A stretch of 64,000 bases of DNA from Lytechinus pictus (lineage: Eukaryota): NCBI RefSeq assembly GCF_037042905.1, contig NC_087252.1, positions 10,542,001-10,606,000 of the forward strand, in the 5' to 3' direction. Made by a program: the position numbers and the translations under genes. How positions within the stretch are numbered: position 1 is the stretch's first letter; every line of letters starts with the position of its first letter. The notes beneath the pieces are model-generated. The model ran no database searches. It worked only from the letters and a program-made list of their open reading frames with translations, and was not told where the DNA came from. Positions 49,982-62,659 of this stretch are shown here, piece by piece.

Positions 49982-51701
49982 TAGGAGTGGGCTATACATG
50001 GGTCAAAAATACTTTTTTTGTAATTTCAATATGACAACAGTTTTTTTTTATTCCTTGTAATGTATCTCAACATGAAATGACAATATTTTTTGTCTCGGGT
50101 CCGAGAAAAAAGTGTGCCGGGCCAAAATCCAAAATGGCCGCCAAAACCCCCCAAAATCACAGTTTTGGCCACAACTTTTTTATTTGGTGGTCAATTTCTC
50201 TGGTTTTGGTGTCTATTCATATGTTTTGGGGGGCAGGCAATTTGTTTTTCGTATAATTAGTACTTTTAAACCATTATTTGTAGAGTTAAAAGGTAATTAT
50301 ACCTAAATTTTCCCATTTTTGTAGCCATTTTTCAGCCAAAAAGTAGGTTTTATCATCCTGGGGTTCTGGGATATTAGATGGTACGAGGTCAACAATAGCA
50401 AGCAGCTTCATATAGCTATATTGCTTTTATTCCTCCACTTTGGGTTTTACCGATATTTGTGAAATATATCTTATTAAATAAAAAAGATGTCATTTATCCA
50501 TTGGGACAATACAGTATACATATGTACAATGTACTGTACATACATACTGCACTGCATAAATGCATTGGCCACCATGACAGATAACAAGGCTTGTATAAAC
50601 TATAGTGTCATAGAAATGAGCTCTCAGGTTTAGAATTAGATGCCTCAGAAATTGAAGGTATGTAATGTCTCAGAAATTGAGGGCATGTTTTGTCAAATAT
50701 GCTAATTCAGGGGGCAGAGAGAGGTAATTTACACTATAGCTATTCTGGGCCCCGTTGCATAAAAATTTACCATTATCATTATGTTAACTTAACTTAATGG
50801 TAACTTGCATGCAATCCTTTATTCTGATTGGCTGTTGATCAGCGTTACCATGATACTAGTAGTTACCTGACCCCATAAACATAGGCCAGTTAGACACCAG
50901 AACTAGGTTAAAATAAAAGCCTCCAAATGAAGAAGATATGGCTAAAAATGTGATGTACGTATATATACATGTATGTGATATTTACATGTAAGTGTAATTT
51001 ACATTGCTGGTTTCACCATGTACATCAGCTGAAAAGGAATCAAATTCACAATCTAATTCTAAACCTTTGAAGCTCATTTCTATGACACTATAGTTTATAT
51101 ACAGGCCTTGTCATATGCCATGGTGATGGTGGTCAATGCATGGATATATGCAGTGTAGTATGTACAGTGCACTGTACACCGTATAGCCCCTATGGATAAA
51201 TGACATTTTCTTTTATTTAATAAGATATATTTCACAAATATCCGTAAAACCCAAAGTGGAGGAATAAAACCAATATAGCTATATGAAGCTGCTTGCTATT
51301 GTTGACCTCGTACCATCTAATATCCCAGAACCCCAGGATGATAAAACCCAGTTTTTGGCTGAAAAAAGGCTACAAAAATGGGAAAATTTAGGTATAATTA
51401 CCTTTTAACCCTACAAATAATGGTTTAAAAGTACTAATTATAGGAAAAACAAATTGCCTGCCCCCCAAAACATATGAATAGACACCAAAACCAGAGAAAT
51501 TGACCACCAAATAAAAAAGTTGTGGCCAAAACTGTGATTTTGGGGGGTTTTGGCGGCCATTTTGGATTTTGGCCCGGCACACTTTTTTCTCGGACCCGAG
51601 ACAAAAAATATTGTCATTTCATGTTGAGATAAGGTAAAAGGAACACAAAAAAACTGTTCCCACAGTAAAAACAAAAATCACCCATTTATAGCCCACTCCT
51701 A
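49982..51701. mobile_element. 1.7-kb foldback element with ~650 bp inverted arms
   Basis: TAGGAGTGGGCTATA ... TATAGCCCACTCCTA termini with a GTAATAT direct repeat (49975-81, 51702-08). Mirror ORFs 50112+ and 51388- are nearly identical. Confidence 0.9.
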
Positions 51702-54700
51702 GTAATATGATTGTTTCCCTGTTTTGAAACGGGGGGGGGGGGGGGGGGGGGTTGAGGGAGGGAAAGCACCCCCCATCTAGCTTCAGTCTACACCCCTTAT
51801 ATTCTCTAATCAATTACTAAGCATTCTCATGAAATAAATGATCAAAATAGATTATAAAAAATGTAAATGAAGAAGGAATGAATACTTCATAAACAATATT
51901 GATAGAGACAGTGTAGGTATAAAATGATGAATAAGTTAATGAATCAATAGAATAATCAACGACAAGGAAATCCTATGAAAATAGATAATCAATATAAGTT
52001 ATAAAACGAGCAAGGAATGACTACCATACACAATGTAGAATAATAAATATAAAATTATGAATAAATTTGATTAGATATACAGATGAGATATATACCATTT
52101 GAAAAACTATCCTTGTGTTTGTTTCTTTGAGGGATGTGTGTCTGACACCAAACTCTTCCAATTTCCAACCACACTCGTAATGTGATGATGACACCGATAA
52201 ATGACCAACTTAACAGCTCAGCCTTTTCTTCTTCCCTATTCATTTTATCCATCCATCCATCATTCTTAGCAATTGACTCCATGCTTGAAGGTAGCTATTG
52301 TACCTCTGTTTGAGAAATAGGGCACTCTAAAATAATTTAGGGCAGTGCACTATGCCTGAACTGGCAATCTTTGACGTAGCTGCTCATTTTTTATGCCTTT
52401 TATCTCATCTCTCTCATGGGTTTAACAAGGTTAGTATATTTTTTCGGATAATAGCCGGCTGTCGTAACGTTGAGTCGGGAGAATGATACACGTGCTGGAT
52501 GCATTCAAGTAATTAATGTTCATTACCATCTGCACTCCTCTGTCGTATATTTCTCCCTGTCTAACCTAACAGGTAGGCTATATTTTCATCTAAAAAATTC
52601 GACCTACATTTTCCGTCTCTGATATAATTTCTTCTCTTAGAATTTAATCTAAATTGTATGTTTTGCTTATTAAATTTCTTTTTTTGGTGTAACTGCACTA
52701 TACATTTTACTGATTCAATATGAAGTAATCATGAAATAGAATTGTGCTCATATATCATCAATCTTTGTCTATCTGTCTATCAATCTTTGGTTCCATCCAT
52801 GTCTTTCCTTGTAATTTTAATCTGTCTTAATCATCCAACCTCCCACTTTTCTCTTTGCAGTCATACATGTACATACCATTTTCTATCCTTCTGTCTCTCA
52901 TTCTTTCACTCTATTGATCTATTCCATTTTCTTCTTTCTTCATCATTCCACCATTCCACTTTCTTTTTAAAGTTTGTGTTATTCCTATTCAGTCTATCAA
53001 TCTTGCACTCCATCCATCTCTTCTGTTTCTATCTCATCTATTTTCAACCTTCTATCTCTCTACTTTCTATATGAAGTCATACATGTACATTGTTATCCTG
53101 TTAATCGATGTTTCACTCCATCCATCTCTTCTGCTTAATTTTCATCTATGTTCAACCTTCCTTCCATCTCCTCTCTAAAATTATACTTTTTCTAATTGTC
53201 CATCGATCTCTTGTTTATTTTTCATCTATCTTCAAACTTCCACCCTTCCACTTTCGATCTGGGCTCCGCAACACAAAGGTTTGCAATCAATCGCTAAATG
53301 CCAATGACTATTAAATCAAGATCATCGTTGCACTCGCACTCTGTTTAAGATACTGACTAGGAACCAATAAGTGTGGTTCTTTCATACTTGCAATTCATCG
53401 CAAACCTTTGTGTTACAGAGCCCAAAAGTCACTATACAGTGTACTATTTTCCATCCTTCTGTCATTCCATCCATCTCTTTATCCATCCTTAATCTAGCCC
53501 AATCCTTCACCCTGCCATCATCCTTAGACTTTGGTAGGTCCATCACTCACTCACTGTTAATTTATGCAATTACCTGCTTCAGAATAGAACCTACCATGCT
53601 AAGATACTGTAGTCTTCTTCTACAGACTTCCACCAAATACGACTTATTCTATTCAATTATGATTTAAAGAATTATTATCCATTTTCAATATAATTTTGAT
53701 ACAATATTAACAGACTCTCATATTTTTAACAGTCATTTTCAAATTACATGTATCTTAATTTTTCACAAAACTATAAATGAAATTTGGATAAAAGAAAAGC
53801 CTTAGGTTGTAGCCCCCCCCCCCCATTTTTTTCCTCGGATCTCAGGGGGGATTCCCTCTGAAATTAATCGAAGAGAAAATGTTTTAACACAGCTTTATAC
53901 TAGTCTTTGTTGCTCTTATTGCATGCTTCATAAATTTCATTTGATCTGACAAAAGATTGACTTTAAAATCATTTATGGATCCATTAGTAATGTTTACATG
54001 CTCCCATTAAACAATCTGAGTAAATATAGAAAAAGTAAATGAGCACTCCGCTCTTTCCCTAAATAGCAGTAATTGATTTTGCTGAATTACAACAATGAAA
54101 AACTTTGTTTATTAATAATTTACAGATAGACCTTGGCACCTTGCTTTTCTGTCACTTTGTAAATTGTTTTATTAGAATAAAATTTGAAACCCCATTCTCT
54201 TAATTTAGTTTTTTTTTTGTTAGAAATGTTGATAGAATATTATTGTATTGCAGGAATAGAAAATACATATCCTTAAAAAAAAAAACATGTACTGTACATG
54301 TATATCTTCGAGTGAAAGTGTGCTCTACACTGTATGCTTTTAATAAAATGAAAACCTCAATTTCTTTCTGCAAATGGCTAAGTTTGCTTGAATGACCGCA
54401 TCCATTCTTTCTTCCAGATAGCCATTGTTTGCAATAAATGATGGAGGTATTTTGTGATATTTGATCTACTAATGGAAGTATGGATGAATGGAAATGTCTG
54501 TTATTTACACAAAGTAATCAGTCTGATTAAAAGCAAAAGGATCATTACCTTTGCATTGTTTTTAAACGTAGCATTAGAAATAAAACCATTTCCCTGCTAC
54601 ACTGATCTGGTTGATATTTTCCGCATGAATGAAATATAAAGAGATCTTTAATATTTAATTAGATTTTGGCTTTTAAGCTTTGGTTTTATGCTATGCAGTT

Positions 54701-57700
54701 TTTACCCAGATTTCATTTCATTACAACAATTGATACATATACCTTTGAATTTCTAATGTAAATCATCAACAATTTAAAGCTTTTGGCACAACATTGTTAA
54801 TAACCCAATAGCCTGGGTTTGACAGCTCAACAAAATTTGAATTGTATTTTTTTAGAGAGAGAAATGTTGTAGACTTGGAACCAGAATGAAAAATGACTGT
54901 ACTCTGTATATTTCCTGTCGTATTTGACATGCCTGTGGTTTTGTTAATATACAATGGTTTGAGTTTAGTTAACCATATCACAGCTATGTTGAGCAGTGAA
55001 AGTAATTAAGCTGGGTCTGTAAGCCCAGACTAACATCTCCCCAAAACCGGGATCGTAAATACGCACACAGGCTTAATGAAGTTTTAGGAGACACTGGCCG
55101 GCTCTCTTCATTTCATTATCTATCGTCATACCGGTAGGTTCTCTTTGCTGCTGACAAACTCTCTCTCTGCACTCCCCCGCTTCAAATTTACTTTCCTCTT
55201 GTCTCGTTTGGGATATTTCACCTACGATTTATCAATTTGGTCATCCCCTTTGCATTTTTAAAGGATTTGGTTGATTTTCCAGCTTTATTTTCAGAAATGG
55301 TGAGTGTGACATTTGTATGAAATCAAGTTATTTATTTGATTTGAAGCTTTTACTGCTTCCGCTTTACAACGTGTGACACTTTATATTTGGGATGGGCTCT
55401 TGTGCCACCAGCGCAGTCTATGATTGACCTGAGTTTAATGAAACTGAGTTGTATTGAATTGCATTTAGATGAAGTGGCACAAAGTGAATTGAATTAAACT
55501 GAAATGCAGTCAAGTCAGTGAGATATTGAACTCGACAAATTTGGATTGAAACAAGCCGCAACCTTTTGTGTCTAGTAGAATAATTTGCTTCCAGTTATAC
55601 GTTTTGTAATGATTGAATAATTGAAATTTATAAGCAGATATTTATTCGTGATAGATTTCCATTTATAATGCAGTGTAGTAAAAAGCTGTCTTCAGCTGTA
55701 TTTGTTTTATTATATCATGTACTTGTTTTTACAGTTGGAAAGAATGGATGGTGGAATTAGTAGTGTATATGAGAGTTTTGATACCCCTTCGTCCTAAAAT
55801 AATGAAATAAGCAATTAAATGGATAGATAATTAAGAATATAGATCAATTAATGAGTGAATTAATTGGTAAATTATTAAATTAATAAATTGAAATACTGAG
55901 CAATGGCAATAAATAGATGTGATTATGATAATGAAAAAAAATATAAAACTAAAATAATGATATTGAGCATAACTTGATAGAACATTTGCTGTTTGTTGAA
56001 TATCCTATAGAAATAAGGAATTTCTTGATATTTTTAATAAACAGCAAATAATGTACTAATGAATTGGATACAGCCCTATACATGTACAGGAGCTATATCT
56101 GACTTAAACAGCAACAAAAAATAAAAGCAAACAAAAACATACAGAACACTCTACTCGCTGTAATGAGATTTAGATTAAATTTGACGGTTAATCATTTGTT
56201 TAGACCTCACATGAATTACAAATCTGATTTAAGCTTGTTTCATCACATGTAACCCTGTACTACTATAAAATTAATATTATTCGATATCCAATTTGCGATG
56301 AAGCGGCAACGTCAGAAAGAAGTGACAGTAATTTCTTGCAATTTGGTCTGAGTAGCAATAGGGACATGAATTTCCTGGGTCAATATTTTAATAATGTTGT
56401 AAAACCCAGAAACGATATAATTATTTGAACTCAAAATACCGCCAGTCTCGCCAGATGGAAATCAAATTTGCAGTGATAAAGAGTTTTGATCACAAAACGA
56501 AAATTGGTTTAAAAATAGATTAACCATAGACTCCTATAACCTTTTGCTTCATATACTTTTGAATGAATATATGATTGTGTGGATGGTATGATATTGTATA
56601 TGATTGTCAACTGATATTTATAGTTTATGTGAGTGAATTTAAACCAAAAAAAAAAAAAAATCAATTTTAATATTCTCTTCTCAGACAGGTTTACTTCTCC
56701 AAAAGAATTAGGAAGATTATGTAGATCACAGGAAGATGATTTGATGTTGTTAAATGATTTTTAAATGATTATTCAAAAACTTGCATGGAATTTTTGCAAA
56801 TTGTAAACCAAATTAAAATCTTAAAGTGATTATGACATATATCACATATGAATTCTGTAGTTGTTTTACTCTGAAATTCAAAATCTGAAGTTATCCATGA
56901 GCATTCACACTGGAATGCTCTATTGAAATTCAAGCTAGGCCTGCTTGCGTTTTCCTATATAGCATTCACTCTGGAATGCTTTATTGAAATTCAAGCTATT
57001 GAATTGTGCTGGCTTACGTTTTCCTGTGCTTATTGATAGAAAATTCATATCAAAAGCTTATTTGGAAGCTATACAATACTCATGCACGAGGAATGAGTTT
57101 ATTGATATTTTATACAGATGACTAGCTCTGAAATGAGAAATACACAAGGTATGACGGCTCGTATTGATTTCCTGGCGTCTGTTGTTCATGAGAATAACTT
57201 CATCTGGAGAGAAAATGCCTCAATTTCTCTCTTCTTTCTGTTTTCTCATCAAGTTTATCATTTTGTGATATATTCCCTAACCTTTTAGAGATCTCAAAAG
57301 GACATCAACTGTAATTATGTATTTGAGCAACTTGACCATGTTTTCTTAAGCTAATAGAATTATGTAGTCATTTCATGAAAGAAGTTGATGATATACTAGA
57401 AAATATTTATTTGTTAGTATTTTCTGTTTTTGCAGGGGACTACTTTCACATCTAAAGTAGAAAGCAGGGGCCTCAGAATTTGTTTTCAAGGGGATGGGGG
57501 CAGCTGACCATGCAAAAAATCACAATAAGATGATACTTTCAAGCTTTAATACACATCTACCGAAAAAGTGTTTAAGGTGGGGGTGGGGGGAGGGGCTCAA
57601 GCTCCCTCTGACCATGTGGTTATATGGCCCCTGGAAAACTGTACGTAATTGTGACAAACTTGAACCCTTTATTTTATTCATATTTATGGTATGTCAATTT

Positions 57701-58898
57701 TAACTTCAAAGCAGCTTTAAAAGAATTCCATTTTATCTCCAATACATGTACATAAGCATTGGTAGATTCATACAAGTTTGTGTGAACGCACCCGCATTGA
57801 ACGTTGTTAATACATCATTCTATTGAAACCACCATTATTGCAACGGGTCAGGGAACAGTGAGTATAGTAAACTCAACAACTGTTAAAAGGGAAGATGGCA
57901 GATATAGATTATTTCAACTTTCCCCTCTTCTATTGAAGTGCTTATCCCAGAATGTCAGAACTTAAAACATTTGAAATAGATGTATGTCAGATGCCTGCGT
58001 ATCAATATCTTTATAAGTGCACCGGTGCATGTAGCGATGCGCCCAAAGCTTGTCAAACATTATTTGGCTCAGAAATTTAAAGATCAAGGTGGATAGTGAG
58101 TTCAATACAGCATGCTACAAGCTCCTTTCCTTCATGGTATACACTACTGTATCAAATTTTTTATTTAATTGCCAGAATCTGTAAGTATTTTGCCCTAAAT
58201 ATGTGACATTTTCCTCCATTATTTATTATTGTAGAATCTTATTGTCCAAAATATGAGGTTTGAAATTACGATTAATTATGTGTCCATGTACATACTACAT
58301 GAATGTACATATACACGTACATATGTAGATCCAATAGAAGTACGTTAGGAAAAGTGGAAAAGGTCAAAACAATCATGATAATTACCACACACCATCACCA
58401 ACCCACGTTCAAGTCAGAGCAAAACATATTTCAGTGATAAACACTTTCCATATGTACTTATCCATGAATCTCTTTCCCTTTTCATAACTTTATTCATTTA
58501 GAATTATTTTTGGGTTGCTTTTATGTACATGCAGAGCTGGTAAAATTTCATGCATGGAAGCTATTAAAGGTAACTTGGCCCCACACACACAAAAAAAACA
58601 CACACACAATACCATGGTTCAAAGGTCAAACTCTACCCTGTACAACACTAGTGTTGAATTTATGGTGTTCAACAAGTCAGCCCCCATTACACATTTGTTT
58701 CTTTTATTATAGTTTAACACTTTGGTGTCTTTAAACACTTAAATGGTGTGGTTTCTGTAGAACACTGAATTGTTTTGCTTTTAATATTTTAACACTAGCT
58801 GTCAGACACAAGTGTCCAGTGTATTCATATCTTTGTTAGACAGCAATAGAATCAGTTCCCACCTAATTACAAATGAGGCTCATAACAAAGCTTTTCTG

Positions 58899-59027
58899 GG
58901 GCCCGTAACACAAAGCTTAGTAATGATCGTAGAACATTTTTCTATGATTGATTGCATTGACTACAATGTACAATCAATCATAAAAATCAAGCATATGATA
59001 AATTACTAACCTTTGTGTTATGGGCCC
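58899..59027. mobile_element. PIF/Harbinger-like MITE
   Basis: GGGCCCGTAACACAAAG ... CTTTGTGTTATGGGCCC; related copy at ~47496-47626. Confidence 0.7.
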
Positions 59028-59534
59028 TAGGTTGTCGCTTAATCAAGTGGCTTTTTTTCAGGTTATAACTGATTGGTTTTCAAACCTTGGGCATTTATAT
59101 TGTACTTCAAATTATGGGGAAAATCCCTTGTCTAGACTATTGAAGGACTTCTATCAAGTCATGTTCTGTCCAAATCATTAATGCTTAACACCATTGGAGC
59201 ATTTCATGTAACACACAGTGATTTTCACTGAGAAATGTTATAATCTACTGATCTATATCCTTGCATCTGATTGGCTCAGAGCAAATTTTTCTGTGAAAAG
59301 TCACTGACAAGGTGCTTTGTGAAACACCATTTCAATGGTAAGGCAATCTCGCTTGATACATCGTTTCGGAAGCAATTTTTTTCCTCTCAAAATATTTTAC
59401 AATTTTTTTGAGGTACCGTACATAATTATGCAAAAGCAAAGTTTTGCCACTCCTGCATGAAATTTACACCTCTGCCCTTTGTCGTACATACACCCAGATT
59501 ATCATTCTGTCTGAATCCTTTATGTACATGTGAT

Positions 59535-60285
59535 AATGGGTTGACCATGGTTGTGGATGTGTATGAACTTGCCCTTTGGATATCATTGAATGTCACCGTG
59601 AGCTGAACCTCAAAATGGTAATGAAATATTCCTCAAAAGTTTTTTAAATATGTGTTTCATGTGCCAATAGGTTAAAGGTAGTTGATGGGATCCTTGCGGG
59701 CAGCAGTGAACCCATGTGTGAATGAAGCCTAAATGAGTATTTAAATATTCATCAAATGCTTTTGACTACCTTACGTCATGAAACCTAATATGTTTATTTG
59801 TGCCTGTGGGCTGAACGTAGTTCGTTGATGGGTATGAACGTGGCTTTTGGGGGAGCAGTGAACCCAAGTGTGAAGCACTTTGACTATAAATCTTTATGAA
59901 ACGTTAAATATTTCAGGTCCAAATGGGTTATTAGTCAGTTTGTGGGAAGCAGTGAACACATGCGAGTCCAAAGCCTATAAATAATTTTTGAAATATTCAT
60001 CAAAAGATGTTTCACTATCCTACGTCATGAAACCAACTATCTTTCAGGTGTGAATGGATTAACTGTAGTTTAAAGTTGGTGGATATGTTAACTTGCCCTT
60101 TAATATAGGTAGCAATAAACTGAAGCATGAACCAACCGCTTTCTTTATCATACTTTCTGAAACCTAATACGTGTCCTGTGCCAAAGGGTTAACCGTAGTG
60201 AGTTGATGGGTATGAACACGCCCTTTAGGGGGTAGCGGTGAATCCATGCGTGAACAGAGCCACAAATGGGTCGTGAAATATGAAT
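59535..60285. repeat. Degenerate tandem array, ~100-160 bp units, about 5 copies
   Basis: Recurring GGGTTAACCGTAG, GTTGATGGGTATGAAC, GCAGTGAAC and CGTCATGAAACC motifs. Confidence 0.65.
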
Positions 60286-60876
60286 GAACAAGTTCACGAG
60301 AGGAAAATTAGCAGAATCCGACAGGGAAATGGAGGCAGTAGATACCGATTATCATCAATATGCACATGGTGCTAACCAAAGGAATGGCAGGCTGGTATTA
60401 ATATGTATTAAAGATACCAGTCAAATGATGTAAGAATTCACAGGGAATGTAATATCAAAAGTCATACAGATACATTTTCATGATATTTTGCTTATTCACC
60501 TTGTTTTCAGTCCTCATTTTTGGGGAAAATACAAACCAGTTCCAATATTTCAGCTTTTAAAATTTTTGTGCATAAATACCCAGTGGCTGATTAGTACTGT
60601 ACCTCATAATGTATGAATTCAATAAAGCGGAAATTCCAATGTGGCATTTAAATGTTCTGATGGTAATTATGCAAGAGCAGTATTAATGAATTAGCATCTA
60701 GATAGAATGATGAAAGGTCAATTTGTTTTCCTTTCAAACAAAAAATGATTTCCTGGTGTGATGATTGTACAGGACATGTAGATTCAAATGATTCATTAAG
60801 AGGTATTATATGTACTGCATTTTACTTGCAGGGGTGGGGGAGATTTACCCAAATTCAATGAAAGCATGGTATCCAG

Positions 60877-61033
60877 GGGAGCGTTTCATGAAAGGACTTG
60901 TCGGACGTTTTATCCGACAAGTCCTGTCTTATCCGACAGTTACCATAGTAATATTGCTTATCAGCCAATCAAAATCAAGGAAAGATGTCAGATCTGACAA
61001 CATGTCGGACAAAAATGTTGATGAAACGCTCCC
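60877..61033. mobile_element. PIF/Harbinger-like MITE
   Basis: CAG|GGGAGCGTTTCAT ... ATGAAACGCTCCC|CAG. Confidence 0.8.
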
Positions 61034-61423
61034 CAGGAATTTGTATAATAAAACAATAAGGATCTTCCCTGTGAAACTATGCTTTAGGAAATGGAATTCC
61101 ATTGTGAAAAGCATGCAAGTGAATTTCCGAAATTACTTTAGATGTACAGTATGTAGGTCAGGTCCATAGGGTACAATTTCACAAAATGAAAATCACCGCC
61201 TGTGATGGGTTTGTGACATGGCTGATTGACACATTAATTACAGATAAAACACCATGTCAGTTGCAGATCTAATGCACTTTCTTTGTAATAAGAAAGACAA
61301 GGCTCCACACTAACTTTTTTCTTGGTGGCCCGATCAGTCCACCAAAATCAACAATTTCATAATTTTGGTGGCCTCAAAACAATAGAAAACATCACAATTT
61401 ATCAAAACTTTTGGTAGCCTGAC

Positions 61424-61575
61424 CAGGGGCCCGTTGCAGAAAGAGTTGCGTTTAAACGCAAGTCAAAAAATCTATCGCAAGTCCCAAATGCGCGCTGTTG
61501 ATTGGTTGAAAATCAAGTTGCGCATGAGTTTTAGAGTTGCGATTGATTGCAACTCTTTCTGCGACAGGCACCAGG
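61424..61575. mobile_element. PIF/Harbinger-like MITE
   Basis: CAGGGGCCCGTTGCAGAAAGAGTTGC ... GCAACTCTTTCTGCGAC. Confidence 0.65.
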
Positions 61576-62456
61576 CCACCTAGTGTAGGTTTTCAAAAAA
61601 TGTTGGTTGCCTGACTCCACCGCCACTGCTAATGTCAAGCCCTGAGATAGGGCAGGTATTACTATTCCCTCATTTGATGATCTATTACATGAAGTAGCAG
61701 CAGCATTATGTTGGTTCATTTATTAACATTCCTCCAAAATTGCATTGAATTTGAGTTGAAATTACTGTTGTATTAAAGAAAAAAAATTGCCAAATTTATA
61801 TTTGCAGGAGGCCTTCTTGTTTCTTTTTGGGTACTTAAGTAAAATATCAACATGAATAAAATCACTGAGGAGGTCATTCATTTATTTCATAATATTAGAG
61901 TACTTAATCAGATTTTATTAATGTATTGTGCCATTTTTATAATGCTAATGACGTTTTACCAAAGTCTATTCATTTTGATAAAAAAATAGGATTATCTCTC
62001 TTAATTTGAAATAAAGATGGTAATAATTATCGGTCGTGGAGGGATATTTTTTTTACCACCAGCTCTGTCTCAATCATCTGTAATTTAGAATAGAGATGTA
62101 CAGTATAACTTCACAACGTGTATAAACTGGGAATACAGATCCCTAATACTGGGTATTAAGAATTGATATTCTCTACCACGGAATGTAATTGACTTTCCCT
62201 CTTGGGATTATCTAGGTATACCTTATACATTCAGGTAGTTCAAGAAATGCAGCTTGGATTGGCAGCCCCTCGAAAAAGGCTTTTCCACCTCCTCCCCCCC
62301 CCCCCCCATTATTAAAGGCCTTTTCAGTACTATGGAGATTGGCCAATTTTGTGTATTTAATCAATCACTTCCAATAAGTGAAATAAATGAATTATTAAAT
62401 ACCAGACTGAATAAGATTTGTAATGAATCTTGAGAACAAATTAGATGGTCCCTAAT

Positions 62457-62659
62457 TGGTTCCATGACGTTTGCTCCTGCGACAATTCCTCCGCTTTAAA
62501 TTCCACCTACTAAATCAAATCACCAACTTCAACCCTGGGTTCAACACTGTACCTTTAATACCCTAAACCTAAACATAAAACCCTATTACCACCCTAACCC
62601 TACATCTTAGACGAAATTAAGTCCGGAGCAAATGTCGTAGGAGGAAATGTCTTGTCACC
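62457..62659 (-). mobile_element. Second copy of the element with telomere-like internal repeats
   Basis: CCCTAAACCTAAAC/CCCTAACCCTA interior; reverse-complement similarity to 2476-2690. Confidence 0.55.

Noticed and set aside
50112..51582. Pair of near-identical 64-aa ORFs on opposite strands
   Set aside because: Mirror images from the arms of the foldback element; GTG start and no recognisable domain.
57118..57148. Possible 31-nt exon (TACAG|ATGACT...CAAG|GTATGA)
   Set aside because: Splice-like signals alone are common in AT-rich DNA, and there is no homology or partner exon.
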